A stretch of DNA of 64,000 nucleotides, taken from positions 61,566,001 to 61,630,000 of the forward strand of contig NW_027361917.1 in the NCBI RefSeq assembly GCF_039654945.1, given 5' to 3'. This DNA comes from Dendrobates tinctorius. Its lineage: Eukaryota. Below are positions 1-13,302 of this stretch, piece by piece. Below the pieces are notes generated by a model. The model saw only the letters and a list, made by a program, of their open reading frames with translations, made no database searches and had not been told where the DNA came from. The position numbers and the translations under genes were made by a program. The number at the start of each line of letters is the position of its first letter. The first letter of the stretch is position 1.

Positions 1-880
1 CTAATACTGGAGATATCAGGGGTGCTGAGGTAAGAGGAGGCTCACACTGCTGTCAGCCATATCTGATCTAATACTGGAGATACCAGGGGTGCTGAGGTAA
101 AGAGGAGGCTCACACTGCTGTCAGCCATATCTGATCTAATACTGGAGATACCAGGGGTGCTGAGGTAAGAGGAGGCTCACACTGCTGCCAGCCATATCTG
201 ATCTAATACTGGAGATACCAGGGGTGCTGAGGTAAGAGGAGGCTCACACTGCTGTATGTCATATCTGATCTAATACTGGAGATACCAGGTGTGCTGAGGT
301 AAGAGGAGGCTCACACTGCTTTCTGCCATATCTGATCTATTACTGGAGATATCAGGAGTGCTGAGGTGAGAGGAGGCTCACACGGCTGTCCACCATGTCT
401 TTCTGATCTAATACTGGAGATACCAGGGGTGCTGAGGTAAGAGGCCACTCAGACTGCTGTCAGCCATATCTGATCTAATACTGGAGATACCAGGGGTGCT
501 GAGGTAAAGAGGAGGCTCACACTGCTGCCAGCCATATCTGATCTAATACTGGAGATACCAGGGGTGCTGAGGTAAGAGGAGGCTCACACTGCTGCCAGCC
601 ATATCTGATCTAATACTGGAGATACCAGGGGTACTGAGGTAAGAGGAGGCTCACACTGCTATCCACCATATCTGATCTAATACTGGAGATACCAAGGGTG
701 CTGAGGTAAGAGGAGGCTCACACTGCTTTCTGCCATATCCGATCTATTACTGGAGATATCAGGGGTGCTGAGGTGAGAAGAGGCTGCTCACACTGCTGTC
801 CACCCAGTCTATCTGATCTAATACCGGAGATACCAGGGGTACTGAGATAAGAAGAGGTAGCTCACACTGTTGTCCAATCT
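1..880. repeat. Minisatellite, ~67-bp unit, ~13 copies, runs off the left edge
   Basis: Unit ctaatactggagataccaggggtgctgaggtaagaggaggctcacactgctgtcagccatatctgat repeated head-to-tail; degenerates after ~760. Confidence 0.95.
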
Positions 881-1908
881 GTCTTTCTGAATGCAGAATG
901 GAAGCTGTAACCTGGATATAACTTATAACACTTATTGTCAAGTTGTCTCCAGGTCACTGCACCTGAGTTTCCTATGCCATCTTCCTCTACATGAAGGGAG
1001 GGGAGCAAATGCTCACAGGCACTAGTCCTATTAACATTCTAGGACAGGTTTTTTCAGTGTAACAAGATTGCAGACATTTTAATGCATTATAGTGATGACC
1101 TATTTAGACTAAATTAGTGAGATTTACTAATTAAATATAATTAGGAATTTATATATCATGACATTTTCTTTTTTTCAATTTTTTCAAATTTATGTGAACA
1201 ACTTTAATATAAGTTAATTTCAATTAATCTATATACCAGTTTCCTTCTCTTCCTGCATTTTCCTTAATTTTGGTGTAGCGTTTTATTAGTGTTATAAGAG
1301 TGATTGTGCGCCCTTCGGGCATGCGTTGGGATTACGAACCACGCAATGGGGTGTAACCACGCATCAGACTGACCTTGCAATAGGATGTAACCACGCACCA
1401 GACTGGCCTATGTGCAGACTAACAGCAAACATAAATACCTGGTGTACCTCTCCTGCCACTCCTACCTTGTGTATGGAAAAGCTCTGTCTTTAATACTGTT
1501 CTGCTAGAGCTATTCGATAGCGCTATCTATGAAGAAAGTGCACGGGTAGAGCTATCCCATAGCTCTATTCCTAAAGGAAATGAACGGTAGAGCTATCCGA
1601 TAGCGCTGTCCCTCAGTGTTCCTGAGCGTAAGCTATTTGACATGGTTGAGCGCACTTAGGATCTGCCCCCAAGGCCCTTTCCATGCCCAATGTTAGGGCC
1701 GTAGACCGCGGCTAGGAGTTAGTCCCACTTTTGTGTACAATTGTGCTTTTACAATTGTTAAAAATCTTAATAAAAGACTTCTTTGTACACACAGTTGACA
1801 GTTAAACCATTTGGCAACATAAGGAATAAGTTTACCTTGCTTCTGGGTCTCAAATATTTTCACCTTTATTTGTTGGATTTTCTTTCCCCTGGAGAAAGCC
1901 ACATATAA

Positions 1909-2950
1909 CTAAAACACTGGGAGAGGCAAATAAATTCCTACAATATCTAAGGAGTGTCCCTGAGATTTATTGGTGGTCATTGCAAAAGCCAACATGACAG
2001 GAAACTGACGCCGTCGCATCTGGACTGGCAAGTTTTTATCTTTGGAAATCAGGTCAATTCTTGGAATAAGAACTGTCTGACCCTTTGCTTTTCCATTTAA
2101 AGCAACGGCATGAATAACATTTGCTTTTAAGCTTTTCACATAAAGCCTTGTGCCATTACAAACGCCACGCTTTCTGTTAAGATTACGCAGGAGTATAATT
2201 ACAGCTCCTGGTTTCAGCTTTAGTTCATGAGGAGGCAACCCAGTGGGATTCAAAGAGTTAAGAAACTACAGGGTAATCTGTGAGAATCCCACCCTCCTCT
2301 TCCGCAATTGTGTCGACAGAGCGATATGTTGTGTTCACCTTGAACTTGCCTAAGAATTTTGTCGTTCAAGGCGTGAACATCATCATTCAATGGCGTAAGA
2401 ATTGCTTCTACCATTGCATCGGTATTCTCAATTGAGTCGCCAAAAATAGCTGTAATTAAATCATCCTCTTCAATAAAAGAATTCAGGATTTCAATTGTGT
2501 CTTCTGGTAGACCATATTCATTTGACAACTCTCCATTGCCAAGTTTGAGTAACCATGAGATGTACTCAACTTCGTCGTGAGACGTTCTCATATTCTGATG
2601 TAACTGGAACCGTGAAAACTGATTCCAGGATTTTGAGTATTTAATTGTGGACTGTACAACGTGGGATCTTTTTCCACCTTCTACTATTGGTATGGTTTGA
2701 AGAAAGTCACAACCGTTTATGAAAACTTTTCCACCAAATGGTCTTTTTTCCACATATGTCTTGGAACAAATTATCCACAGCGTTCATATTAAAACAGGGA
2801 GTCATTGTTACTTCGTCCCAAATAACGACACATGATTCCATAAGCTCCTTTGCTTGAAGTGAAGTTGTCTTAACTTTTGACACTGTAGTCTTATTTGATG
2901 TAATTCCAAAGCCAAACTTGGAATGGTAGGTGCTACCGTTTTGTAGTAAT
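1909..2950 (-). pseudogene. Helitron PIF1-like helicase fragments (frameshifted)
   Basis: IWDEVTM, PFGGKVF..GCDFLQTIP, LPPHELKLKPGAVIILLRNLN and RRRQFPVMLAFAMTTNKSQG occur in three reading frames. Confidence 0.92.
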
Positions 2951-3560
2951 AAACACATAACCAGGGATATGGATATACAAAAATACCATATTTTAATTAA
3001 TTTTAGGAACACTCTCTGTCCAATAGCCAAACATCAGAATAAATTAGAGGGGTTTTTTTCCAAAGAAAGGAAATTATTTTTAAAGAAAAATAGTACAACG
3101 TTTTGTCATCTATATAAAAGTTTTTAATTTATTGAGTACAAATAAATTTCTCAAAAGACAAAACACGTAGTTACAAAAAGTTACACATATAAAAGGCAGG
3201 TAGTAATGCAACCGTAGTTGTGACATGGAGACATATGTAAATGCCTAGATGCTAGAAACTCCCATATATACAACAATGGCCACACTGTAAACGCCAATAA
3301 GTACCATCTCTTAAGCATTCAGGTAAACAGAAGTAACAAAAGAATACAAATAGAGATTCATTATGTAAAAAGGAACAGTCCCAATACAGTCCTACAAATG
3401 GCATTAACAATGGTGGTCAAATACATAAATAGACCACGGGAGTTTCCTCACCCATATTAAGGAAATGTTACCACGTCTCACAGGAACACCCCGACGCGCG
3501 TTTCGCACCTCGCTTCCTCGGCCATTGTTGTATATATGGGAGTTTCTAGCATATAGGCAT
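2951..3560 (-). mobile_element. Penelope-like terminal fragment inserted in the Helitron
   Basis: AT-rich block that interrupts the helicase; carries a degenerate hammerhead-like motif GAGGAAGC...GCGAAACGCGCGTC at ~3493-3521. Confidence 0.55.
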
Positions 3561-3566
3561 AATAAA

Positions 3567-6500
3567 TTAAAACTTTTCATCTGGAACATTTACTGTTGTC
3601 GATCCGTAGTGAGCACAGGACTTTTTATTGCTTAAGAGCACTTCATTAATATCATGAAGAGCCAGTTGTTCAGCAATTTCTGGAGTGTACCGCCTGGTGT
3701 AATCCTCTATAAATTCGGTTTTATATTTTTGCCATAATGCCAATGGTTTAGCTGGTTCCCCATATACACAAATAATTCGCGAAGTTGGTAGGGAATTTTG
3801 AAAGCGATTGCATCCGTTATACCGTCTTCCCATTGGGAATGATATTCCAAAAGATGAAGATCAATGCACGCATTTTTATACGTGTCATGTACGACTTCAT
3901 TGACAGTCCTTAAGTCAGCATAAGACTTTGCTCCTCTTATGTGAAGTAAAAGGAGTCTTAGGTAATACAGCTCACCTTCTGTTAAAGAGACTGTATACAT
4001 TCAGGCAATTGTTTTCCCAAACTGAGCCTGTCGTTTTTTCCATCCTTCTGGTACAGCATTTCTATCCCAGACACAGTGTTCATGGATTTCACTGTACAAA
4101 TACTGATGGGTAGAAGCATCAACGCTGTTTAGCTCAAAATAAGCCTACAGTGTAGAGGTTTTTGAGTAAAAAATAACCATATCCTCCTTACCATCTTCAA
4201 AAAACACTTGCTGCATGTTTTCAAGGTGCACAGCCAGTCTTTTAATGGTATGTGATGTATCATGCATTTTATTTTTTCTGATTCTCCACATGCCCTCAGG
4301 GGCGCTTATATACTGAGAATCTAGGTACATGGCTGGTTCATTACAGTTTAATGTCTCAAACTTGATATTGGCACAGTCATGCCTTTTGTATACATATTTG
4401 AAAAGATATTTAACACTTTTTATTGAAGCACATATCTCAACATTGACAATTGTACTTGAGTAATTTCTAGGGGTTGTATGGAGCTACAAATCTATTGTCG
4501 ATTTCCCACGTTCCTTGTCTGGTTTTCCCAGTATTGGGTCGACGGTACTGTGGGTAACCATCAACATTGGGGTTTGTCTCTGTATTAAAATCCTTTTGGA
4601 ATTTTTTTGCGCATTGACCATCTGTCATGCATATAGCACCAGGTTGATCCTCACCACAAGGGCCATGAATCATGTGCTTCATCACTGCCTCATGCAGTTT
4701 TGGATTTGCTGTCTCATTTGGGATTTCAGCAGAGACCAATTCGTCAATTCTTTCTTTGTCCCTCGGTTTATCTTCCTCTTCGAAGATTAAGAGCATGTGA
4801 GCGTGTGGTAGTCCACGCTTTTGAAATTCTATTACATGCACATAGGCAACTACACGTCCAAAAAATGTGCTTTTTCAAAATCTCGTTAAGCATGGGTTGG
4901 CATTTGATTTTAAATACTCGTGCAACCAAATCTGGTTTGAACTTTGGCCTTTGCCATGGCAAGCCTGTATGCATAGTACTGCAAAAGGGTGATTTTTGCC
5001 ATGGCAAGCCTGTATGCATAGTACTGCAAAAGGGTGATTTTTTTTCTTGTCGAACTTGATTCACTGGTATGGATGGTAGATGAATGTCACCAATTCCTTG
5101 ATGTTGCACACTTAGGGCAATTGGAGTTGTCAAATTTATTGTCCAACCACTGTCTCCATATGGGAGTAGAAGTGGATATGTCATTGCATCACACTTTCTG
5201 TTAAGAAAGCTGATTTGAACTGTTTGGTTTTCACTTTTCAGGTGAGCTCTGATGTCCCTATTAAATGGGGGTTCACCTAATGCATTTTGATAAATTATAC
5301 TGTAGCTACTTCATTGCACCTTGGTGCATTGTAGCACCTCTGGTCATTATTGTAGTCATTTATAATTGACATTGTTATTTCGAGTGGATCGCGATTTTCT
5401 AATTCAGCAATCCTCTCTTCCTCTCTTTCATTATGAAGACTCTTGCGAGTGGGTTAATTGCTTTCATTTGCTCTCTAAGAGATGACAGCAGTGCTGGGAG
5501 GCACTTTTTATTTGCTTGACTCCTTGTACTTAAAGGGAATCTGTCACCCTTTTTTGGCCTTTCAGCTGCCGGCATAGACATCGGGGGCTTATCTATAGCA
5601 TTCTGTAATGCTGTAAATAAGCGTCCGATGTAACCTGAAAGAGAAGAAAAACACGTTATATTATACTCACCAAGGTGGGCGGACCGATCCGATGGGTGTC
5701 GCCGTCCCGTCCGGCACCTCCCTTCTTCATGCGATGATGTCCTCTTCTCCCGTCCTGTAATGGCTCTGGCGCAGATGCACTGCTTTGCCCTGTTGAGGGC
5801 AGAGCAGAGTCCTGCAGTGCGCAGGCGTCGGGAGAGGTCTGGCGCCTGCGCACTGCAGAATTCTGCTCTGCCCTCAACAGGGCAGAGCAATGTGCCTGTG
5901 CCGGTGCCATTTCAGGACAGGAGAAGAGGACATCATCGCATGAAGAAGGGAGGCACCAGACAGGACAGCGACACCCACCGGACCGCCCACCTCGGTGAGT
6001 ATAATATAACGTGTTTTTCTTCTCTTTTAGATTACATCGGGGGCTTATCTACAGCATTACAGAATGCTGTAGATAAGCCCCCGATGTCTATGCCGGCAGT
6101 TAATAGGGGAAAAAAAAGGGTGACAGACTCCCTTTAATGCTTCTTCACTGTCCAAGATATAAATCTGGGCAAACTTGGGAGTACTACCCACAGCGGGTTG
6201 CAATGGGGAAGTTCTATGGTAAATTTGTCCATAAATATGAAAACACTATGGACCATGCCCAGGAGGTGGCGCTACTTGTGCTCCCATTGATGCCAAAGCA
6301 AGAGTGCTATTGTATTGCCTTATATTAGCCATAAAGTTATTGGAGTGCTGATGCTCTCCTTTCATCACCCTGACTAATTGATCATCCATATGAATGGGAC
6401 GTAATTGGGATGCGCCCTCTCTTGCAGCAGGAAAGGATGTCAGTTTGCCAGCACAGTGCTTTTCAATAAGTGTCTCATCAATTTGATTAAGAAGCCCTCT

Positions 6501-6807
6501 AGCGGCAAATGTAAATTTCCGTCGTCGAGTGGCTCTTGCATTTTGGACACATCTTCTATCTTGTTCTCATCTTTGTGAAATTTGTGTATCACTGTGTGCA
6601 TTGCGTGTTGCTCATTTGTCATGCAGCATTAGATGTTCTACGTGATTCAGTTACTTTATTCATTTCTCTTGCTATGGCCGCCCTCTGTCGGGCTGCATCA
6701 GCGGTTCTTCCACAATTTTGTTCGTCTTCTGTTTCATTACGATGCAGGTTACGCATCTGTATGCGATTCGCTTCTCTACGTGCAGCAGTGCGATCAATTT
6801 GATCCAT
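3567..6807 (-). pseudogene. Helitron N-terminal and Rep endonuclease fragments
   Basis: YYLRLLLLHIRGAKSYADLRTVN, YISAPEGMWRI, EFQKRGLPHAH, MIHGPCG, YPLLLPYGDSGW; multiple stops and frameshifts. Confidence 0.9.
5534..6133. mobile_element. Kolobok/T2-type palindromic MITE
   Basis: TTAA TSD (5530-33, 6134-37); TIR AGGGAATCTGTCACCC / GGGTGACAGACTCCCT; nearly the whole 600 bp is one inverted repeat. Confidence 0.9.
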
Positions 6808-7559
6808 CTTTGCAATATTGCCTCACACTGTTGCCTGAGTGTTGCCTCACAGTGTTGCCTAAGGGCTAACGTTCAAAAAATGCTTATGCCTTAACTCGTC
6901 ACCAGGGAGAGCTCCGCTCCTTATTAGATATGTCACTTAACTCCTATACAGGGCCTTACAGTACTTAGGTATCCATGGTTTCGCCCACTCATATAGTCAG
7001 TTAGCTGCTAGTGGTAGTAACTATGGATACCTGAGTTACTGTTGAGCTGTGGTGACTCATTGTGCACAGACACACGGACACGTCCAAATTAGGTATATGG
7101 ACACTCAATATGATAGTATTACAAAAAATGTTTGGACTTTATTTCCTGGAATTTTCAATGACTAATAATGTTTTCATGTATACAGTATGTTTTCGATTGT
7201 TGAGAAAACTTTTGCCCCCATATACACACACCAAATATTTGAAAATAGCGTTGAGAATCAAAGATAAAAAAAATAATTGTGTAGGAGAAGAAAATGTGTA
7301 AAAGGTTCATCATGTGTACAGTAATTACTGAACCTTTTCAAGAATGGAAGTGCTATATCATGACTTTACATCACTAAAACGACACCAGGTGTAGCTCTCT
7401 CTCCACTCGATGTTAGTAAAAAAAAGAGAGTACGTGCATGCTTCATGTATTGAATATAACAAGGTATACATTTGATTAAGGGTTGTAAAAGGCTATAAAC
7501 CCAAGAACATGGATAATTTTAAAATTATTTTATTTAAAGTAGATTAAAAATGTTCATTA

Positions 7560-8180
7560 CAACCTTAGATGAATTCCTTGCGGTATGTAGTTTTTAAAAT
7601 GGTGTCACTTCCGGGTGTGTTCTGCTTTTCTGACACTTCAGGGGTTTTCAAATACGACCCGGCATCGCTATTCTATTCTGGACAAATTTGCACTCACAGT
7701 CAAATAATTTCTTCCATTCTGAGCTCTGCCCTTTGCCAAACAATAGTTAAATGACCATATATAGGATGAGATGTGCAAATATGGTACAATTTGAATTTGG
7801 CAGATTAACTTGAATCTGACGGGTAAATTTGATTTGTATGAAATGTAGTTTTGAATACTTTAGGGGTGTGTTTTACAGATGTGGTCACTGTTGGGAATTT
7901 TGTAATATGTTGGTTCTGCAAATTTCCTTAAAAATGTGACAGATTGTTCTTAAACTTTCACTACTTCTGACATACTTAAAACAAAGAGTTTAAAAAATGG
8001 TGCTGTCTTAAAGACATGTAGGAAATGTTATTTATTAACTTTTGTGTGGTATAACTATATTTTAAAGCCATATAAATTCAAAGTTTGAAAAATGCAATTT
8101 TTTTTTATTTTTGCAGATCTCAGAATGACTGGGATATGTAGAAGCATTCCAAATGTATCACCATATAAAGTAACACTTTA
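7560..8180 (+). mobile_element. Degraded fragment of piggyBac-type subterminal sequence
   Basis: Resembles the reverse complement of parts of 10950-11330 (e.g. ttttaaaatggtgtcactt; aaattcaaagtttgaaaaatgc). Confidence 0.45.
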
Positions 8181-8876
8181 GTTTTCCATTCTCTGAACTT
8201 CTATAAAAATTTAAATTCGTATTTTTCAATGATTAAGAAATGTTTTTCTCCAAGACTGATTTGATGCATGATTCCAATGTAATTAATTAATGAATTTACA
8301 CAAAGAAACTGACATAAAAGTTGCAAAATTTTGCACAATATTTAGTTGTACAAAAAAATAATATTTTATAACTTAACATTAATATTTTATGCATAAACAT
8401 GTATATGCAGTAATAATTTATGCATATGCCTTGTTTTATATTTTATACATAAAATAATGCATGTACATTAATATTTTATACATAAAAATATATATTTTCA
8501 TGCCTGTTCTGCCACTTTCCCCACAGTGGATTGTGCTTAGTTAAATGAACATACCCAATCATATCCTGACAGATTCACTATAATTTTATGTTAGAATGTA
8601 GTTGAAAATATTGCAGAAATCCACTCCAATTTGAGCAGATTTCTGTCATGAAAGTCCAGAAAGTTGCACCAGCCATTATGAATTGCCCCCTTGTATGCAT
8701 ATAAAGAAAGGGGTGAGATTGTGCAAAAGATCAGTGGGGCAGAAAATAAAAATATAACCATTTAAAACTAATGTAATAAATATTTTTTTTTTAAAGTTTG
8801 CCCCTACGAATTATAGCCCCCCCACCCGCTTGTAGGATTTATTGTAATAAATATTAGATGTTTGAAAGTAACTTAC

Positions 8877-9284
8877 CTCTGTCACAATGGATGAACCAGT
8901 AGTATCATAAACCCAACCATTCGTACAGCTGGTAAGAGAGATGTTGAAATCTCCAAATGCAGAAAGATTCCTTAGAGGATCAGCACAAGTCAGAGACGTC
9001 TTGTTCCAATCAATATCATATTGATGACACTGGCTGGTCTGTGTTGACTCATTCAACCAGAGAACGGTATAGTTTATTTCCTCTTCAAAGCTCCAGCCAC
9101 ATTTGTTTTTCACCTCCTCAACCACAGGATTACTGCATCTGAATTCAGGCACAAAGCCTAGAAACACAATGCCCACATATATTGGGCTGAAAACGGCAGA
9201 AATAAAGCACATGGAAATGAACAACTGTTTTTGGAACAGGCCAAATTGTCCTATGTCATCTAAAACATCATCAAAAGACGTCAT
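8877..9284 (-). CDS. Exon 1 of an SLC22 organic cation transporter (OCT1/OCT2-like; paralog identity unresolved)
   Basis: 136 codons MTSFDDVLDDIGQFGLFQKQ...PIYVGIVFLGF...CGWS.EEEINYTV...GWVYDTTGSSIVTE match the OCT N-terminus, TM1 and large loop. GAG|GTAAGT donor at 8876, at the SIVTE boundary known from mammalian OCT genes. Lies downstream of IGF2R, as in mammals. Confidence 0.95.
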
Positions 9285-10556
9285 TGCTTGACCGTATCAC
9301 AGGATGTCTGAGGGTGATGTGAGAGCCCAATCTTATCAACTGTTAACTGAAGAATAAACTTCTGAAAAATATCTAGTATTTGTAGATCAGTCATTAATGT
9401 GTAATGTTTAGAAAGACAAGTTATCTAATGTTCATCATTTTGTTATAACGTGCTAAGCCAGATGAACCAGTTTGGAGATGCTTGGCAAAGTTAAAATATT
9501 TTAGTTTGCATAAGTTACTAAACTGGGGAATTTAGCCAAGGGACATAATACATAATTCTCCTCTTCAGAATCAAGTGCCAGTAAGCTGTCTTTTTTTGAA
9601 TTTTTCATTTTTGTGAAGTGAAAATATTTTTTCCCAGGATAAAGTCAATATGGCTTCTGTTTTAAATATTTTGTGGCATGCCCCAATCTTATTTTGCCAT
9701 CACGTTAGCACAGTTTTTCTGATTCCAACTTTGACATCCCCAGGACCTACTGTGTTGAGTGTAACAGCAATAATATCCAAGTAGTTACAGGAAAAAGATA
9801 GCCCTAAAATGCTCTGAATGACATTTTGCATTTTAAAGACATTAAATTGATTATTTATTGCAGGCATTCATTGTAACGATTATGCAAGAATAGACCAGAT
9901 CCTACATTCTTGCACCATTGTGACTGTGGATACTAGTTAATTTTTTACTATGATGTTACTGGTTACCTCACTAAGTCATAAACTAAAGCAAATCTAAAAA
10001 AATGGACACACTTGACTATTACATGAATTAAACTGGTGTACTTTTTATCTTATGCAGAATTCCAGTAGGTGGGTTGGTATAAACAAGCTAAAATGAAAAA
10101 TTATAGCATTCATTCAGGTCTTCAAGTATTATTTCTTCGTGACAGAGTCTGATATACTCATGTGGAGTGTTGTCCACCATAAAAGCAATCATAAATGAAT
10201 TGGCCCTCTTTCATCAAATATCTAAATGTCTTTAGGAAGTCTGGATAATTTTTCAATAATTCTTGCAGGTGTTATGCATGCATCTCACTCGGGATAATAG
10301 GTAAAGCTAAAAAACTGCAACTGACAGTGGTGGATCCTGTACAAGCTAGAGATCCCAAGCCTGCAGTCCTTAGCACTTCACATTCCTCCTAAAGAATCAG
10401 AGGGCAAAGCAGAGTGTAAACTACCTACAAAAAAGAAAGTGTGCTAAAAAAAAGAAAAGATTCAAGAGTGAGTAAAATAAACCACAAAGTACAAACTAAA
10501 ATATAAAGTATGTACTGTTTGTTAATATGCCACTTCCTAAAAAGAAACAAAAGACA

Positions 10557-10760
10557 CAGTATCTCACAAAAATGAATAAACCCCTCACATTTTTGTAAAC
10601 ATTTTACTATATTTTTCAGGGGACAACATTGAAGCTATGACACTTTGATACAATGTAAAGTAGTCACTGACAGCTTGTATAACAGTGTAAATTTGTCGTG
10701 CACTTTAACTCAACACACAGCCTTTAATGTCTAAACTGCTGGCAACAAATGTGAGTACAC
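10557..10760 (+). mobile_element. Tc1-like left long TIR (pairs with ~32290-32494)
   Basis: CAGTATCTCACAAAAATGAATAAACCCCTCACATTTTTGTAAA...GTGAGTACAC is the approximate reverse complement of 32290-32494. Confidence 0.85.
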
Positions 10761-10768
10761 TGCCTTAA

Positions 10769-13180
10769 CCCCTTTACTCCCAAGGGTGGTTTGCATGTTA
10801 ATGCCCGGGCCAATTTTTACAATTCTGACCACTGTCTATTTATGAGGTAATAACTCTGGAACGCTTCAATGGATCCCGGTGATACTGACATTGTTTTCTC
10901 GTGACATATTGTACTTCATGTTAGTGGTAAAATTTCATTCATATAACTTGCGTATATTTGTGAAAAAAATGGAAATTTGGCAAAAATTTAGAATTTCGCA
11001 ATTTTCCAACTTTGAATTTTTATGCTCTTAAATCACAGAGATATTGCACTCAAAAAACTTAATAAGTAACATTTCCCACATGTTTACTTTACATCAGCAC
11101 AATTTGGAAACCAAAATTTTGTTTTGTTAGGAAGTTATAAGGGTTAAAAGTTGACCAGCGATTTCTCATTTTTACAACACCATTTTATTTTTACGGACCA
11201 CATCACATTTGAAGTCACTTTGAGGGGTCCATATGATAGAAAATACCCAAAAGTGACACCATTCTAAAAACTGCACCCCTCAAGGTGCTCAAAACCAGAT
11301 TCAAGAAGTTTATTAACCCTTCAGGTGCTTCATGGGAATTTTTTGAATGTTTAAAAAAAATGAACATTTAACTTTTTTCACAAAAAAATTACTTCAGGTT
11401 CAATTTTTTTATTTTACCAAGGGTAACAGGAGAAATTGGACTGGAAAAGTTATTGTGCAATTTGTCCTGAGTACGCCGATACCTGATATGTGGGGGAACC
11501 ACTGTTTGAGTGCATGGCAAAGCTCGGAAGGGACTTTTTCACTGCAAAATTGGCTGGAATTCAGATCGGATGCCATGTCAAGATTGGAGAGCTCCTGATG
11601 TGCCTAAACAGTGGAATCCCCCCACAAGTGACCCCATTTTGGAAACAAGACCCCCAAGGAACTTATCTAGATATGTGGTGATCACTTTGAACCCCCAAGA
11701 GCTTCACAGAAGTTTATAACGTACAGCCGTACAATTAAAAATCATATTTTTTCCACAAAAATGATCTTTTCACCCCCAATTGTTATTTTCCCAAGAGTAA
11801 CAGGACCCCAAAAGTTATTGTGCAATTTGTCCTGAGTACTCTGATACCCTATATGTGGGGGTAAACCACTATTTCGGCGCATGGCAGAGCTCGAAAGGGA
11901 AGCAGCGCCATTTCACTTTTTTTGGCTGGAATTGAGATCGGACACCATGTCGCGTTTGGAAAGCCCCTAATGTGCAAAACAGTGGAGACCCCCCAATTCT
12001 AACTCCAACCCTAACCCCAACACACCCCTCGCCCTAGCCCTAATCCTAATGGGTAAATGGAAGTAAATACTTTTTTTTATTTTATTATTTTTCCCTAACT
12101 AAGGGGGTGATAAAGGGGGGTTTGATTTTCTATTTATAGCGGGTTTTCATTTTTGGCAGCTGTCGCACGCTAAAAGACGCTTTTTATTGTAAAAATAGTT
12201 TATGCATCACCACATTTTGAGAGCTATAATTTTTCCATATTTTGACCCACCGAGTCATGTGAGGTCTTATTTTTTGCAGAACGGGTTGACGTTTTTATTG
12301 GTACCATTTTTGAGCATGTGACATTTTTTGATCGCTTTTTATTCCGATTTTTGGGACGCAGAATGAACAAAAACCAGTGTTTCATGAATTTCTTTTGGGG
12401 GGTGCGCTTACACCATTCCGCATGCGGTAAAATTGATAAAGCGGTTTTATTCTTCGGGTCAGTACAGTTACAGCGATACCTCATTTATGTCTTTTTTTAT
12501 GTTTTGGCGCTTTTATGCAATGAAAACAATTTTATATAAAAAATAATTATTTTTGCATACCTTTATCCTGCGAGCTATAACTTTTTTATTTTTTCGCTGA
12601 TGATGCTGTGTGGCAGCTCGTTTTTTGCGGAACAAGATGACGTTTTCAGCAGTACCATGGTTATTTATATTTGTCTCTTTGATCGCGAGTTATTACACTT
12701 TTTGCTCGGCGGTAAGATGATAAAGCTTTATTTTTTGTTTCGTTTTTTATTTTTATTTTTTAAGGGGTTCAATAAAGGGGTTAACTAGTGGGACAGTTTT
12801 ATAGGGTGGGTCGTTGCGGATGTAGCAATACCAAATATGTGTACTTTTATTGTTTTTGTTTTTTCATCTTCAAAAAATGAATTTATTAGGGAATATTTTT
12901 TTTTTTTTAATTTATTTAGCGATTTTTTTTTATAAATTATTTTTACGCTTTTTTTTTACTTTATTACATTGTCCCAGGGGGAACATCACTGTCATGTGAC
13001 AGATCGCTGATCTGTCACAGGCAGTGCTACAGGCTTCCTCATGCCGGCGCTTTGCAGGGAAGGAGGCCCCCACAGCAGCGCTGGGGGTCTCAGGGAAGCA
13101 CGGAGGGAGCCCCCTCCCTGCCGATGCTTCCCTAAACCCCTGGTACACTGCGATCGTGTTTGATCGCAGTGTGCCAGGGG
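10769..13180 (-). mobile_element. Non-autonomous piggyBac-family derivative (truncated)
   Basis: TTAA|CCCC terminus at 10765-10772; shares sequence with the piggyBac 3' region at ~49330 (ACTGTTTAGGCACATCAG); internal direct repeats; no ORF. Confidence 0.65.
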
Positions 13181-13184
13181 TTAA

Positions 13185-13302
13185 CGGCTACTGCTAGTTG
13201 TGTGGACAGGATCAGGGGTCTGCATCCACTTAGTTACCAACCTCTCTGGTTTTCTGTGGCTTAGCTTGGGCCTGCTATCCTCCTCGGTGCCCATTCATAA
13301 CA
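13185..13302 (-). mobile_element. Remnant end of an LTR from the same family as 13568-14483, inverted
   Basis: Approximate reverse complement of the first ~120 bp of the LTRs at 13568 and 15395. Confidence 0.75.

Larger units (their letters stand above)
1298..7101 (-). mobile_element. Helitron (Rep/PIF1 helicase), decayed, with internal deletions and insertions; lies in SLC22 intron 1
   Basis: Rep HUH motif VIEFQKRGLPHAHML (4467-4841) and PIF1 motifs downstream. Putative 5' end TCCATATACCTAAT...GTGTCCGTGTGTCTGT at ~7101. Putative 3' hairpin GCCC-GAA-GGGC at ~1310-1320. Termini are approximate. Confidence 0.9.

Noticed and set aside
1-880. Repeated GAG|GTAAGA splice donors in the minisatellite
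   Set aside because: They are on the strand opposite to SLC22, with no supporting exon structure
1505-1610. CRISPR-like repeat/spacer pattern
   Set aside because: Only three units, vertebrate context, no cas genes; kept as Helitron subterminal hairpins
5399-6137. Overlapping antiparallel ORFs with similar peptides
   Set aside because: Artefact of the palindromic T2-type MITE; no recognisable protein
8811-8876. C-terminal VSYFQTSN... extension of the SLC22 ORF
   Set aside because: Read-through into intron 1 past the GTAAGT donor
9385-9500. HNF1-like and HNF4-like sites upstream of SLC22
   Set aside because: Only partial matches in AT-rich DNA; cannot be supported without conservation data
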